Origin: Rhodothermales bacterium
GTDB taxonomy: Bacteria; Bacteroidota; Rhodothermia; Rhodothermales; UBA10348
Assembly (NCBI GenBank): GCA_965247125.1
Contig: CBDFGO010000003.1
Coordinates: forward strand, 6,058 to 70,057
Direction of reading: 5' to 3'
Length of the DNA stretch: 64,000 nucleotides
The position numbers and the translations under genes were made by a program. The notes beneath the pieces are model-generated. The model was not told the DNA's origin, ran no database searches, and was given only the letters and a program-made list of their open reading frames with translations. Positions 47,794 through 58,201 of the stretch are shown here, piece after piece. Positions within the stretch are counted from its first letter, which is position 1. Each line of letters opens with the position of its first letter.

Positions 47794-49029
47794 ATGCTAA
47801 AAAGTAGAACTGTGAACACACTTCGTGAACTGGCCGCTGACGGTCACTCCATCCGGGAGATCAGCAAACGCATGGGGCTTTCTCGTAACACTGTCCGTAA
47901 GTACTTGCGGACCATACCGGTGCCTGCTCCTCGGCCTAAACGGTATTCCAAACTGGAACCCTTCAAAGAGCAGGTTCGCCGTTGGGTACTCGAGGATCGA
48001 CTCCTCAACTGCGTGACCATGCATGAACGACTGCAGGTGATGGGATATAGCGGGGGCCTGACGATCCTGAAAGATTATGTTCGGCCACTTCGTCCGGCGA
48101 AAGGAGGCCGCCGACCGGTTCGGCGCTATGAGACCGATCCTGGCGAGCAGATGCAGATCGATTGGGGAACCTTTATGTACGAAGTAGGAGGTGTTCGCAA
48201 GAAGATCTACGGCATGACGGCGGTCATGAGTTACTCGCGCATGCGATATGTTATCTTCTCGAAGCGTTGCGACACAGCCAGTCTGATTCGTGCCATCCAA
48301 GACGCGCTGGAATACTTTGGTGGCCTGCCACAGACCATCCTGAGTGATCGCATGAAGAGTGTGCTGCTCACGGTCGAAGACGGACAATTCATCTGGAACA
48401 GTGTTTATGCCGATTTTTTAGCCGCGATTGGCGTAGTGCCACGGGTGTGTCGCTCGAGAGTGCCACAGACGAAGGGAAAGGTCGAACGCTCCATCCGGGT
48501 CATCAAAGAGAGCTTCTGGCCCGGTGTGCGCTTTGGCGATGTTGGCCACCTCAACGAACAGGCCAGAATCTGGTACACATCCCGCAACTCACGTCTTCAC
48601 CGAACGACACATGAGCGGCCCGATGAGCGACACCAGAGGGAAAAACTGAGCTCCTTGCCTGTGGGCTACGCATGGGAACGATTCCGGAGTGAGCCTAGGC
48701 GAGTAACGTGGGATGGCTTTATCTCCTTTGACGGCGTACTCTACGGCCTTCCGAGCGAACCACTGACGGCCGGCGACCTGGTCGATGTCACCTACCGCGA
48801 TCAGGAGATCCTCGTCTGGTACAAAGGACACCTCGTCGTTCGTCACCGAGTGCGCCACGAGTCCGGACTAACGGTCTGGCATGCGGACCAGTTTAAAACG
48901 ATTCCACCCGCAGCTGAGAGCCACCGCTTGCCCGCTCCCGTTGCATACCAGGTGCCCTCCATTGAAGCGCCGCGTCGCTCGCTCACCGAGTATGATGATC
49001 TCTTCAAGGCGCAAGAGGTTGTGATATGA
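47794..49029 (+). CDS. istA: IS21 transposase IstA.
   Basis: N-terminal HTH (HSIREISKRMGLSRNTVRKYL) and DDE core. Confidence 0.85.
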   Translation: MLKSRTVNTLRELAADGHSIREISKRMGLSRNTVRKYLRTIPVPAPRPKRYSKLEPFKEQVRRWVLEDRLLNCVTMHERLQVMGYSGGLTILKDYVRPLRPAKGGRRPVRRYETDPGEQMQIDWGTFMYEVGGVRKKIYGMTAVMSYSRMRYVIFSKRCDTASLIRAIQDALEYFGGLPQTILSDRMKSVLLTVEDGQFIWNSVYADFLAAIGVVPRVCRSRVPQTKGKVERSIRVIKESFWPGVRFGDVGHLNEQARIWYTSRNSRLHRTTHERPDERHQREKLSSLPVGYAWERFRSEPRRVTWDGFISFDGVLYGLPSEPLTAGDLVDVTYRDQEILVWYKGHLVVRHRVRHESGLTVWHADQFKTIPPAAESHRLPAPVAYQVPSIEAPRRSLTEYDDLFKAQEVVI

Positions 49030-49793
49030 GCACGACCCTTGCCATTGATGATCTTCTGCGCCGCCTACGTCTTGGACAGTTGGCTTCGCAGCTTCCAGAG
49101 CTGATCGAAGGAGCGCGGCAGCAGAAACTATCGTACGAACGATTCCTGGCCTCCGTTCTCGAGACCGAACTGCGTGGACGCGACGATCGTGCACTCGTGC
49201 GCCGGATGCGTTCGGCCCGCTTACCCCTGAAAGCCCGTTTAGAGACCTTCGACTTTGCCTTCCAGCCCTCGATCTCTGAGCGCCTGGTTGGCGAACTGGC
49301 GCAAGGATCCTATCTCGATACGGCTACTAACGTAATCCTGCTCGGGCCACCGGGCGTGGGAAAGACCCATCTGGCCTGTGCGCTCGCCGTTAAAGCTATC
49401 GAGAGCGGACATACGGCACGCTTTACAACGCTTCGCTCATTGATCACGGATCTGGGAGGACTCGGACGACGTGAGGTCAAGACGCTGCGGGCGTATCTAA
49501 AACCAGATTTGTTGATCATTGATGAGATTGGTTATTCCCAGCTCAGTCCCGATAACGCTAACAGTCTCTTCGAACTTATCACCGCACGATATGAACGTGG
49601 ATCCATCATCCTGACGAGTAATCTCTCCTTCAATGACTGGGGCAACCTGCTCGGAGACGATGTCCTGGCGACTGCCATGCTCGACCGTCTGCTGCACCAC
49701 GCCGAGGTCATCACCATTAACGGACGCTCCTACAGAATGCGTAACCACATAGAAAACGATCAACCATCCACCGCCGTGGGTGGGTCAATTTAA
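49026..49793 (+). CDS. istB: IS21 helper ATPase IstB.
   Basis: Walker A LLGPPGVGKTHLA and Walker B LLIIDEIG. Confidence 0.9.
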   Translation: MSTTLAIDDLLRRLRLGQLASQLPELIEGARQQKLSYERFLASVLETELRGRDDRALVRRMRSARLPLKARLETFDFAFQPSISERLVGELAQGSYLDTATNVILLGPPGVGKTHLACALAVKAIESGHTARFTTLRSLITDLGGLGRREVKTLRAYLKPDLLIIDEIGYSQLSPDNANSLFELITARYERGSIILTSNLSFNDWGNLLGDDVLATAMLDRLLHHAEVITINGRSYRMRNHIENDQPSTAVGGSI

Positions 49794-50103
49794 AGCTGTC
49801 GACCTGGGTCATTTTTAACCCGGCGTTGACACCCAGAATGGGTTCCAGATGCCCAGCTCCGTTGATCGCGGTCAAACCTTTCAACAATTCATATGCCAAC
49901 GGCTTTGGCGTCAACGCAGTATGGACTTCGCTGCCGTTCCTGGTAATCTTGTAGTTCAGCCGATACAATTCGTCGGCATATTCTGCGTTGTCATAGTGAG
50001 TTAGTTGAGATCCGAACTGAAAGAATAATATTGCCGCGACGATCCCCGTGGTTGTTAGGCCGACCGCTAGAATATTCAATATTCGCATCGACTACCAACA
50101 GAT

Positions 50104-50429
50104 CTAGTAAATGCTCTGGCTTGCATCAAACGCTTGGATTGCCTTTAATCCTGTCAGAACTGCTATTTCTTTCGATGAATCAACCGAGATCAATCCAGCA
50201 ACACTATTTCTCGATAACGCTCGCTCCAAAATTAGAAGGGTTGGAGTCGCTCCAGGACCAAGGTTGTAACTTTTCATCAGTTCTGATATGGCGTAGTTGT
50301 TCCAGAGACCGCCGGCTGCTATTTCGTCGAATTCATATGTTTGATAAAGATGATTCGCACCAATCTTCGCACCGTTGTCAACAGCAATACCGAGAGTTTT
50401 CACGTACGATTTTTTAGCCACTGCTAAAT
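50104..50429 (-). pseudogene. Lipoprotein gene (about 190 aa, upstream of the FtsX permease) split by IS256 copy 7. The 5' part is at 51814-52069.
   Basis: Across the CTGCTAAAT duplication the two pieces rejoin in frame: ...LVKEVSD-LAV-AKKSYVKTLGIAVDNG... The N-terminus is MPIFKAQAILSSAFLAVLLIFVGCGP (lipobox). Confidence 0.65.
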
Positions 50430-51813
50430 GAGCTATGCCCAAAAGTTGTGTATGGAAGGTTTAGGCAGCGTGTCGTTCTGATGTAATTCCGTCGGTGAAT
50501 TTGATTCCTTTTTTTACAAGTTGCAATAGGTGCGGTGCATTCAGTTTCCTCCACTTCTTCTGAGCCTCTTTACATAGACGGAAGGCCATTGCAAGAGCTG
50601 TTTCTCGGCTCAGACATCCCCTCGTTTTGGCGGTCCTGAGGCGCACGGTCGCGAACGTAGATTCGATCGGATTTGTGCTCCGAAGATGGATCCAGTGTTC
50701 TGCCGGAAAGTCATAAAAAGCGAGCAGTTCTTCTCGGTCTTTCACCAGAATCTCTGCTGCTTTCGGATACTTTTGCTGGTAGGCTTTGATGAAAAACAGA
50801 AGGGCGCTCTCTGCCTGCTTTTTTGTTTCTGCTGTATAGATCTGCGTGAGGTGACCTTTTGCCTTCTTCTGAACGGACTTGGGCAGGCGGTTGAGCACAT
50901 TTGCTGTCTTGTGCACCCAACAGCGTGCGGCTCGCGTCTCGGGATAAACTTCTGCGAGAGCACTCCAGAATCCCATGGCTCCATCGGCAACAGCCAGCTT
51001 CGGTCCTTGATCCAGCCCGCGGTGCCTCAGCTCCAGGAGCAACTCTCGCCACGACTGCTTGCTCTCGCGAAAGCCGTCCTCGAGTGCTATAAGCTCCTTC
51101 CTTCCATCGGCCGTAGCGCCGATCACGACCAGCAGACACAGTTTCTGTTTATCCATGCGTACGTTTACGTGAATACCGTCGGCCCAGAAATAGACGTAGT
51201 GCTTCTCCTTCAGGCTCCGCTTTTGCCAGTCTTCGTGCTCCCTTGTCCAAAGCGTCTTCAGGCGCGCAATCGTCGAGGAGGTCAGCCCTGGGGCATCAGG
51301 ACCAACAAGGGCCGAGAGCGCTGCCTCAAAGCCGCCCGTTGAAACTCCCTTCAGGTACAACCATGGAATGAGAGCCTCAAGCGAGCGGCTCTTGCGGAGG
51401 TAGGCTGGTAGTATCGAACTGCGGAAACCGATTCTATCCTCACCCCGACCCGTACGGTCGCGTATGCGGGGCATCTTTACAGCGACCTCCCCGATACCAG
51501 TCAAAATCTTCCTCTCTGGCAGATATCCATTGCGAACGATGCGGTGGCGATTCTCTTCGTCGCGCAGGAACTGGTAGCGCTGGCAGAAAGCTTCAACCTC
51601 GGCCTCAACGGCTGTGGCCAGCATCTTTGCGGCCCCTGTTCGCAATACTTCTGTCAACACATCCTCTGTGCTATTGTAGTTCTCGTTCTCGTGTGCGTTA
51701 TTCGTCTTCATGGGCGGTGTATCCTCCAATCTTCGGATTGACAATGACGTAATCATCATCAGGATACGCCGCCTATACCTTTTTCACCCGTACACAACTT
51801 TCGGGGTTAACTC
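50430..51813 (-). mobile_element. IS256-family IS, copy 7.
   Basis: 9-bp target duplication CTGCTAAAT. Confidence 0.9.
50461..51759 (-). CDS. IS256-family transposase.
   Basis: 432 aa. Confidence 0.9.
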   Translation of the reverse strand: MMITSLSIRRLEDTPPMKTNNAHENENYNSTEDVLTEVLRTGAAKMLATAVEAEVEAFCQRYQFLRDEENRHRIVRNGYLPERKILTGIGEVAVKMPRIRDRTGRGEDRIGFRSSILPAYLRKSRSLEALIPWLYLKGVSTGGFEAALSALVGPDAPGLTSSTIARLKTLWTREHEDWQKRSLKEKHYVYFWADGIHVNVRMDKQKLCLLVVIGATADGRKELIALEDGFRESKQSWRELLLELRHRGLDQGPKLAVADGAMGFWSALAEVYPETRAARCWVHKTANVLNRLPKSVQKKAKGHLTQIYTAETKKQAESALLFFIKAYQQKYPKAAEILVKDREELLAFYDFPAEHWIHLRSTNPIESTFATVRLRTAKTRGCLSRETALAMAFRLCKEAQKKWRKLNAPHLLQLVKKGIKFTDGITSERHAA

Positions 51814-52140
51814 CTGCTAAATCTGAAACCTCCTTAACTAGTTTCTCAAACGTCTCGGCCATTAACGGGCTTGTACACCACACACATGTAGCTGAACCAA
51901 CATAGACGATAAGGTAATCCATATTCGAGGTGCTTTCATATGCGGACTTCTCCCCCTTTTGATCCTCCTTTTCTGCTATCTCCGAACCTCGTGGCCCGCA
52001 ACCAACAAAAATCAACAAAACCGCTAGAAATGCAGAGCTTAGAATAGCTTGTGCTTTAAAAATTGGCACGACTCCATACCGCTATTGAAGAGTACACATC
52101 GCTCTCGTCCATTGTCAGCACTAACTCGCTTCCGAAATAC

Positions 52141-52175
52141 TGACCTTACTCCGGTTTTCTGGACAGTTGATTAAG
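52141..52175. repeat. Solo 35-bp right-end IR fragment of IS3-B.
   Basis: TGACCTTACTCCGGTTTTCTGGACAGTTGATTAAG is a 35/35 match to the reverse complement of 12127-12161. Confidence 0.8.
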
Positions 52176-52486
52176 AGATGGTCCTATAAAACTGGACAGG
52201 GTCTTAGGTGGAATCTTGCGGATTGATTATGCTGCTTCTTGAAGCGGCTGGTGATTAAAAAATACGTGATCAGGGGTCTTTCTTCCATGTGAGCTGTGTC
52301 GCCTTTCGTTATTGAAGTAGTCGAAGTATACAGCAATGGATTTGCGGGCTTCAGCCACACTGTCATAGGCTTTAAGGTACACCTCTTCATATTTCAGGCT
52401 ACGCCACAGACGTTCAACGAACACGTTGTCCATCCAGCGTCCTTTGCCATCCATAGAGATTTTGATGTCATGATTCTTCAAGCACA
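52176..52486 (-). pseudogene. IS3-A fragment (right end plus last 84 codons of orfB), truncated by IS256 copy 8.
   Basis: Begins AGAGATGGTCCTATAAAACTGGACAGGGTC and matches the orfB C-terminus. Confidence 0.85.
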
Positions 52487-53870
52487 GAGTTAACCCCGAA
52501 AGTTGTGTACGGGTGAAAAAGGTATAGGCGGCGTATCCTGATGATGATTACGTCATTGTCAATCCGAAGATTGGAGGATACACCGCCCATGAAGACGAAT
52601 AACGCACACGAGAACGAGAACTACAATAGCACAGAGGATGTGTTGACAGAAGTATTGCGAACAGGGGCCGCAAAGATGCTGGCCACAGCCGTTGAGGCCG
52701 AGGTTGAAGCTTTCTGCCAGCGCTACCAGTTCCTGCGCGACGAAGAGAATCGCCACCGCATCGTTCGCAATGGATATCTGCCAGAGAGGAAGATTTTGAC
52801 TGGTATCGGGGAGGTCGCTGTAAAGATGCCCCGCATACGCGACCGTACGGGTCGGGGTGAGGATAGAATCGGTTTCCGCAGTTCGATACTACCAGCCTAC
52901 CTCCGCAAGAGCCGCTCGCTTGAGGCTCTCATTCCATGGTTGTACCTGAAGGGAGTTTCAACGGGCGGCTTTGAGGCAGCGCTCTCGGCCCTTGTTGGTC
53001 CTGATGCCCCAGGGCTGACCTCCTCGACGATTGCGCGCCTGAAGACGCTTTGGACAAGGGAGCACGAAGACTGGCAAAAGCGGAGCCTGAAGGAGAAGCA
53101 CTACGTCTATTTCTGGGCCGACGGTATTCACGTAAACGTACGCATGGATAAACAGAAACTGTGTCTGCTGGTCGTGATCGGCGCTACGGCCGATGGAAGG
53201 AAGGAGCTTATAGCACTCGAGGACGGCTTTCGCGAGAGCAAGCAGTCGTGGCGAGAGTTGCTCCTGGAGCTGAGGCACCGCGGGCTGGATCAAGGACCGA
53301 AGCTGGCTGTTGCCGATGGAGCCATGGGATTCTGGAGTGCTCTCGCAGAAGTTTATCCCGAGACGCGAGCCGCACGCTGTTGGGTGCACAAGACAGCAAA
53401 TGTGCTCAACCGCCTGCCCAAGTCCGTTCAGAAGAAGGCAAAAGGTCACCTCACGCAGATCTATACAGCAGAAACAAAAAAGCAGGCAGAGAGCGCCCTT
53501 CTGTTTTTCATCAAAGCCTACCAGCAAAAGTATCCGAAAGCAGCAGAGATTCTGGTGAAAGACCGAGAAGAACTGCTCGCTTTTTATGGCTTTCCGGCAG
53601 AACACTGGATCCATCTTCGGAGCACAAATCCGATCGAATCTACGTTCGCGACCGTGCGCCTCAGGACCGCCAAAACGAGGGGATGTCTGAGCCGAGAAAC
53701 AGCTCTTGCAATGGCCTTCCGTCTATGTAAAGAGGCCCAGAAGAAGTGGAGGAAACTGAATGCACCGCACCTATTGCAACTTGTAAAAAAAGGAATCAAA
53801 TTCACCGACGGAATTACATCAGAACGACACGCTGCCTAAACCTTCCATACACAACTTTTGGGCATAGCTC
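52487..53870 (+). mobile_element. IS256-family IS, copy 8.
   Basis: No clean target duplication. The transposase carries a D-to-G substitution (FYGFPAEHW). Confidence 0.9.
52541..53839 (+). CDS. IS256-family transposase.
   Basis: 432 aa. Confidence 0.9.
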   Translation: MMITSLSIRRLEDTPPMKTNNAHENENYNSTEDVLTEVLRTGAAKMLATAVEAEVEAFCQRYQFLRDEENRHRIVRNGYLPERKILTGIGEVAVKMPRIRDRTGRGEDRIGFRSSILPAYLRKSRSLEALIPWLYLKGVSTGGFEAALSALVGPDAPGLTSSTIARLKTLWTREHEDWQKRSLKEKHYVYFWADGIHVNVRMDKQKLCLLVVIGATADGRKELIALEDGFRESKQSWRELLLELRHRGLDQGPKLAVADGAMGFWSALAEVYPETRAARCWVHKTANVLNRLPKSVQKKAKGHLTQIYTAETKKQAESALLFFIKAYQQKYPKAAEILVKDREELLAFYGFPAEHWIHLRSTNPIESTFATVRLRTAKTRGCLSRETALAMAFRLCKEAQKKWRKLNAPHLLQLVKKGIKFTDGITSERHAA

Positions 53871-54430
53871 CCAAGAGCAATCGAAAGTCCTCTTTGAAAA
53901 GAAACTGCTGAACGTCGGTTATAGTCTCCAAGGCCATCCAGCGACAGCCAATTAAAGAACCGCCAACGCCGGTGAGGAGTGCGGGTACGTAGGTACTCAC
54001 AACTTCGAGACTGGCTGATTTAGATATGCGGGGCACATCCAGGGAGCTCGAGTCTCTACCGATTCCTCAGCCAAGCGCTGCCGGTTACGCGTTCTCTTGC
54101 TAGCGGTCGCCGAGCGAACACTCCAATAGACGCATAGATATTGTAGCATACATGTATCACATATGTATTATTTTGCACAATTGGTGTAACACGCCTATTG
54201 ACCTTGAGACAAAAAGATGTATCCTTACTTAAGCAAATCTCGTGAACTGAAATATTTGGCCCTCCAACGGCGTGGTACTTCAGCCGATTAACTGTTTCTC
54301 TTGACGCATGGATACTTGGATTGCGAGCGTATTTGGACGAGATCGGGGTGAATCCATCGAACTGAGTAGTCTTCCGGAGCTGTTCCATCGGGTTCCGGAG
54401 ATGGATATAGTGGAACGCCCAGAGAATCAC

Positions 54431-55814
54431 GAGCTATGCCCAAAAGTTGTGTATGGAAGGTTTAGGCAGCGTGTCGTTCTGATGTAATTCCGTCGGTGAA
54501 TTTGATTCCTTTTTTTACAAGTTGCAATAGGTGCGGTGCATTCAGTTTCCTCCACTTCTTCTGAGCCTCTTTACATAGACGGAAGGCCATTGCAAGAGCT
54601 GTTTCTCGGCTCAGACATCCCCTCGTTTTGGCGGTCCTGAGGCGCACGGTCGCGAACGTAGATTCGATCGGATTTGTGCTCCGAAGATGGATCCAGTGTT
54701 CTGCCGGAAAGTCATAAAAAGCGAGCAGTTCTTCTCGGTCTTTCACCAGAATCTCTGCTGCTTTCGGATACTTTTGCTGGTAGGCTTTGATGAAAAACAG
54801 AAGGGCGCTCTCTGCCTGCTTTTTTGTTTCTGCTGTATAGATCTGCGTGAGGTGACCTTTTGCCTTCTTCTGAACGGACTTGGGCAGGCGGTTGAGCACA
54901 TTTGCTGTCTTGTGCACCCAACAGCGTGCGGCTCGCGTCTCGGGATAAACTTCTGCGAGAGCACTCCAGAATCCCATGGCTCCATCGGCAACAGCCAGCT
55001 TCGGTCCTTGATCCAGCCCGCGGTGCCTCAGCTCCAGGAGCAACTCTCGCCACGACTGCTTGCTCTCGCGAAAGCCGTCCTCGAGTGCTATAAGCTCCTT
55101 CCTTCCATCGGCCGTAGCGCCGATCACGACCAGCAGACACAGTTTCTGTTTATCCATGCGTACGTTTACGTGAATACCGTCGGCCCAGAAATAGACGTAG
55201 TGCTTCTCCTGCAGGCTCCGCTTTTGCCAGTCTTCGTGCTCCCTTGTCCAAAGCGTCTTCAGGCGCGCAATCGTCGAGGAGGTCAGCCCTGGGGCATCAG
55301 GACCAACAAGGGCCGAGAGCGCTGCCTCAAAGCCGCCCGTTGAAACTCCCTTCAGGTACAACCATGGAATGAGAGCCTCAAGCGAGCGGCTCTTGCGGAG
55401 GTAGGCTGGTAGTATCGAACTGCGGAAACCGATTCTATCCTCACCCCGACCCGTACGGTCGCGTATGCGGGGCATCTTTACAGCGACCTCCCCGATACCA
55501 GTCAAAATCTTCCTCTCTGGCAGATATCCATTGCGAACGATGCGGTGGCGATTCTCTTCGCCGCGCAGGAACTGGTAGCGCTGGCAGAAAGCTTCAACCT
55601 CGGCCTCAACGGCTGTGGCCAGCATCTTTGCGGCCCCTGTTCGCAATACTTCTGTCAACACATCCTCTGTGCTATTGTAGTTCTCGTTCTCGTGTGCGTT
55701 ATTCGTCTTCATGGGCGGTGTATCCTCCAATCTTCGGATTGACAATGACGTAATCATCATCAGGATACGCCGCCTATACCTTTTTCACCCGTACACAACT
55801 TTCGGGGTTAACTC
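54431..55814 (-). mobile_element. IS256-family IS, copy 9, inserted into the ATPase gene of the 54308-59172 cassette.
   Basis: 9-bp target duplication GAGAATCAC. The transposase carries three substitutions (D-to-G, K-to-Q, V-to-A). Coordinates are anchored on the ORF; my line count differs by 2 bp. Confidence 0.9.
54462..55760 (-). CDS. IS256-family transposase.
   Basis: 432 aa. Confidence 0.9.
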   Translation of the reverse strand: MMITSLSIRRLEDTPPMKTNNAHENENYNSTEDVLTEVLRTGAAKMLATAVEAEVEAFCQRYQFLRGEENRHRIVRNGYLPERKILTGIGEVAVKMPRIRDRTGRGEDRIGFRSSILPAYLRKSRSLEALIPWLYLKGVSTGGFEAALSALVGPDAPGLTSSTIARLKTLWTREHEDWQKRSLQEKHYVYFWADGIHVNVRMDKQKLCLLVVIGATADGRKELIALEDGFRESKQSWRELLLELRHRGLDQGPKLAVADGAMGFWSALAEVYPETRAARCWVHKTANVLNRLPKSVQKKAKGHLTQIYTAETKKQAESALLFFIKAYQQKYPKAAEILVKDREELLAFYDFPAEHWIHLRSTNPIESTFATVRLRTAKTRGCLSRETALAMAFRLCKEAQKKWRKLNAPHLLQLVKKGIKFTDGITSERHAA

Positions 55815-57170
55815 GAGAATCACATCATCCTGGGCGTAAAAGGAACAGGAAAATCGACAGTACTGCGGGCGCTCACACCCGAAGCCTGGCAACTCCGACA
55901 GCCCGGATTGGAAGAGTTACCCTATATGGGTATATACGTTCCAATGGCATACTCAGACGTGTCAGGCTTTGTCCCATTAGACAATGAGGGTCAAGACACG
56001 ACGCTATTCGAGCATTATTTCGTGGCTTCGGTTTTCACACAACTCTGCTCGCAATGGGAAGTCGTGTTGAATCTGGAGCGTAATCACACTATTGCACGAT
56101 TGCTGATAGAAAAACTGAAAGGCAATGAGCTTCCAGAACACCTGGACCTAGAATCGCTCGTACCCATATTCGCCAGAACCTGTGATGAAGTACAAAGGAA
56201 GATCAGAGAAGAACTTGTTACAGATGCAAGAAAAGTAGAGTGGGTGACGAGAGCACCTCTGCGAATAGTTGACCTCGTTGACACGCTGAAACAAATCGGA
56301 CACACCTTAGAGAAGCAAGATAAGTCCTTTCGAAGAATAGGGTTATTTTTGGACTCCTTCGACTACTATCAACGACTGGGACGTGTGATCGCTCCGCTCC
56401 TGCAGTCTGATAGTAGTGTCCAACTCGTGTGTAAAATTGCCTCGCGTACTCTAGATGTCGTAGATGGTTTTGCTGCCGCAGGTCGCAGGTTGGAGCTTGA
56501 TCGAGATTTCCAGGTCTTGTCGCTTGACCGGTCCCCAGACAACAAGCAATACCATGATTTCGTACGAGCGGCTATTGTTAGGCGAGTACGCAAGTTTTGT
56601 GGAATCGCAAGTAGCCTTTCTGATGGCGAGATAATTGAATTGCTGTGTTACGATTCGAGCGCCCCGGAAGATGGAGGCTCATTTGAATCATTGTGTAGCA
56701 TTTCAAGCGGTAATCTACTTTCGGTTTACGAGTTGATTGATACTGCTGCTCAGATTCAAAGATATGATGGTGAAAGCGAGTCTAAGGGGGCCACTCCACT
56801 AGAGCGACGGTGTCGTATTTCTAGTATAAAGCATTATTCAGATAGGTTTTGGAATCATGAAATTGGGGAGAGAATGGGTCCGTCCACTCTTGAGGCGGAG
56901 ACCTTTTGCGATGTAGCCCTGTCTTTTGCTCCGGACAAGAGCCAAGCCAATCGATACTCACCGCGCTTCGTGTTTGACATCGCATCCGAGAGAAGTAAGA
57001 CATTTATTCCTAAAATGCTTGCGAATCGCGTTCTGATAGCGGTTGATCCGATTACAAACAGAAATGCGCAAGCGGGTCTACCTTTGGGATCTCCGGTGGA
57101 ATTCGAGTTGAACAGAGGCCTCTTACCGGTGAAAAAAGAACTCCGATCATGGGCGATCGAGTCGATCTAA
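55815..57170 (+). pseudogene. P-loop (AAA+-like) ATPase, first gene of the 54308-59172 cassette, interrupted by IS256 copy 9. The N-terminal 41 codons are at 54308-54430.
   Basis: Rejoined reading: MDTWIASVFGRDRGESIELSSLPELFHRVPEMDIVERPENH-IILGVKGTGKSTVLRAL...LEELPYMGIYVP... Walker A is GVKGTGKST. The candidate Walker B is RIGLFLDSFD. The annotated Met at 55908 is internal. Confidence 0.6.
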
Positions 57171-58201
57171 GTCGAGGTGAGTTCACCCGTCGATATCGGA
57201 CATCTCTGAAGAGAATGCGCCCGCGAATCAGTCCCAAAGCTGGTAAGCAACAGGCAAATCTTTTTCGCCATGACTTCTGCGTATTTGTCTCAATCCCTTT
57301 TGATGCAAAGAAGAAGGACCGGAATCGCGTATTAAGAAAGGCGATCAACCGAATATACAAGGAACTGACCGGCGAGCAGGGGGGACCTGGCACTTCGTAT
57401 GTTGATGTGTTCTCTATGCCGAGGACGGGATCTTTCAGATACGACATTCCAAAATACCTCCGTGATTCAAATTACTGCGTGGCTGATGTAACAGATATGG
57501 GTAGGGATTCAGGGCTATCACCGGGCGTGTTTTTTGAAATAGGATTAGCCGTCGGTGTTCGAAAACCATTTGCAATGTTTTACAACACGCAGTACGCAGA
57601 GCGCAACTTCGACGTCGACAGACTTCCGAGATATTTGCGCGGTCAAACTGTCCTTATATGGGGAGAGGGGCAGAAAACGAGTTTCTATGAAGCATATCGG
57701 CCTGTTCACGAGACTCTTGTGGCACAATCTGGGAAGTGGGAGCACCCATTCAACGAGGATTCTGGTTCGAAAGGAGGGGAGTCGTCAAATCCCATTGCAT
57801 ATCTATCATTCCAGCCGAGAAACCAAAAAGCAGAGGAGTGGATTGCCGAGCGCATAGCCAGGACATTTCCTCGTATGCAACTAATAACCCCGCGGGACTT
57901 TGCGTCGGATGACGGGGCAAGACTAGTCGAGACCGTCGCAAAAGCAGAACTGGCTGTCATAGATTGTACCGGTGGTATAAACGAGTACGCACTTGAGTTG
58001 GGCGTCGCAGCGGCTCTGAGACCGGATCACGTTATCGAAGTATGGAATAATCGAGTTGACTCGCGATTGAATCCTATTGCAATGTTTCCCGGAAGCAGGT
58101 TTGCTTGGACTGAGCGCGGAAATATTGATGAGGAAGACATTGATCGCTTATTGGAAGATATCGCTCGGCGTACTCAACTCGGCAGATTAATGAGGAAATG
58201 A
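57149..58201 (+). CDS. Tandem nucleoside-2-deoxyribosyltransferase-like/TIR-like (flavodoxin-fold, SLOG-related) domain protein. An alternative start is at 57215.
   Basis: Two repeats of the NDT-type motif: CVFVSIPFD...ADVTDMGRDSGLSPGVFFEIGLAVGVRKP and AELAVIDCTGGINEYALELGVAAALRP. Low GC. Overlaps the upstream gene end and is coupled to the downstream gene by ATGA. Confidence 0.5.
   Translation: MGDRVDLSRGEFTRRYRTSLKRMRPRISPKAGKQQANLFRHDFCVFVSIPFDAKKKDRNRVLRKAINRIYKELTGEQGGPGTSYVDVFSMPRTGSFRYDIPKYLRDSNYCVADVTDMGRDSGLSPGVFFEIGLAVGVRKPFAMFYNTQYAERNFDVDRLPRYLRGQTVLIWGEGQKTSFYEAYRPVHETLVAQSGKWEHPFNEDSGSKGGESSNPIAYLSFQPRNQKAEEWIAERIARTFPRMQLITPRDFASDDGARLVETVAKAELAVIDCTGGINEYALELGVAAALRPDHVIEVWNNRVDSRLNPIAMFPGSRFAWTERGNIDEEDIDRLLEDIARRTQLGRLMRK

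Larger units (their letters stand above)
47712..49811 (+). mobile_element. IS21-family IS (IS21-A).
   Basis: istA 47794-49029 and istB 49026-49793, overlapping as ATGA. Multiple terminal repeats contain TTGACCCACC at both ends. Confidence 0.85.

Noticed and set aside
54056-54430. 124-aa minus-strand ORF upstream of IS256 copy 9.
   Set aside because: The plus strand here carries the true N-terminus of the cassette ATPase, which rejoins in frame across the IS256 duplication. The minus ORF has no motif support.
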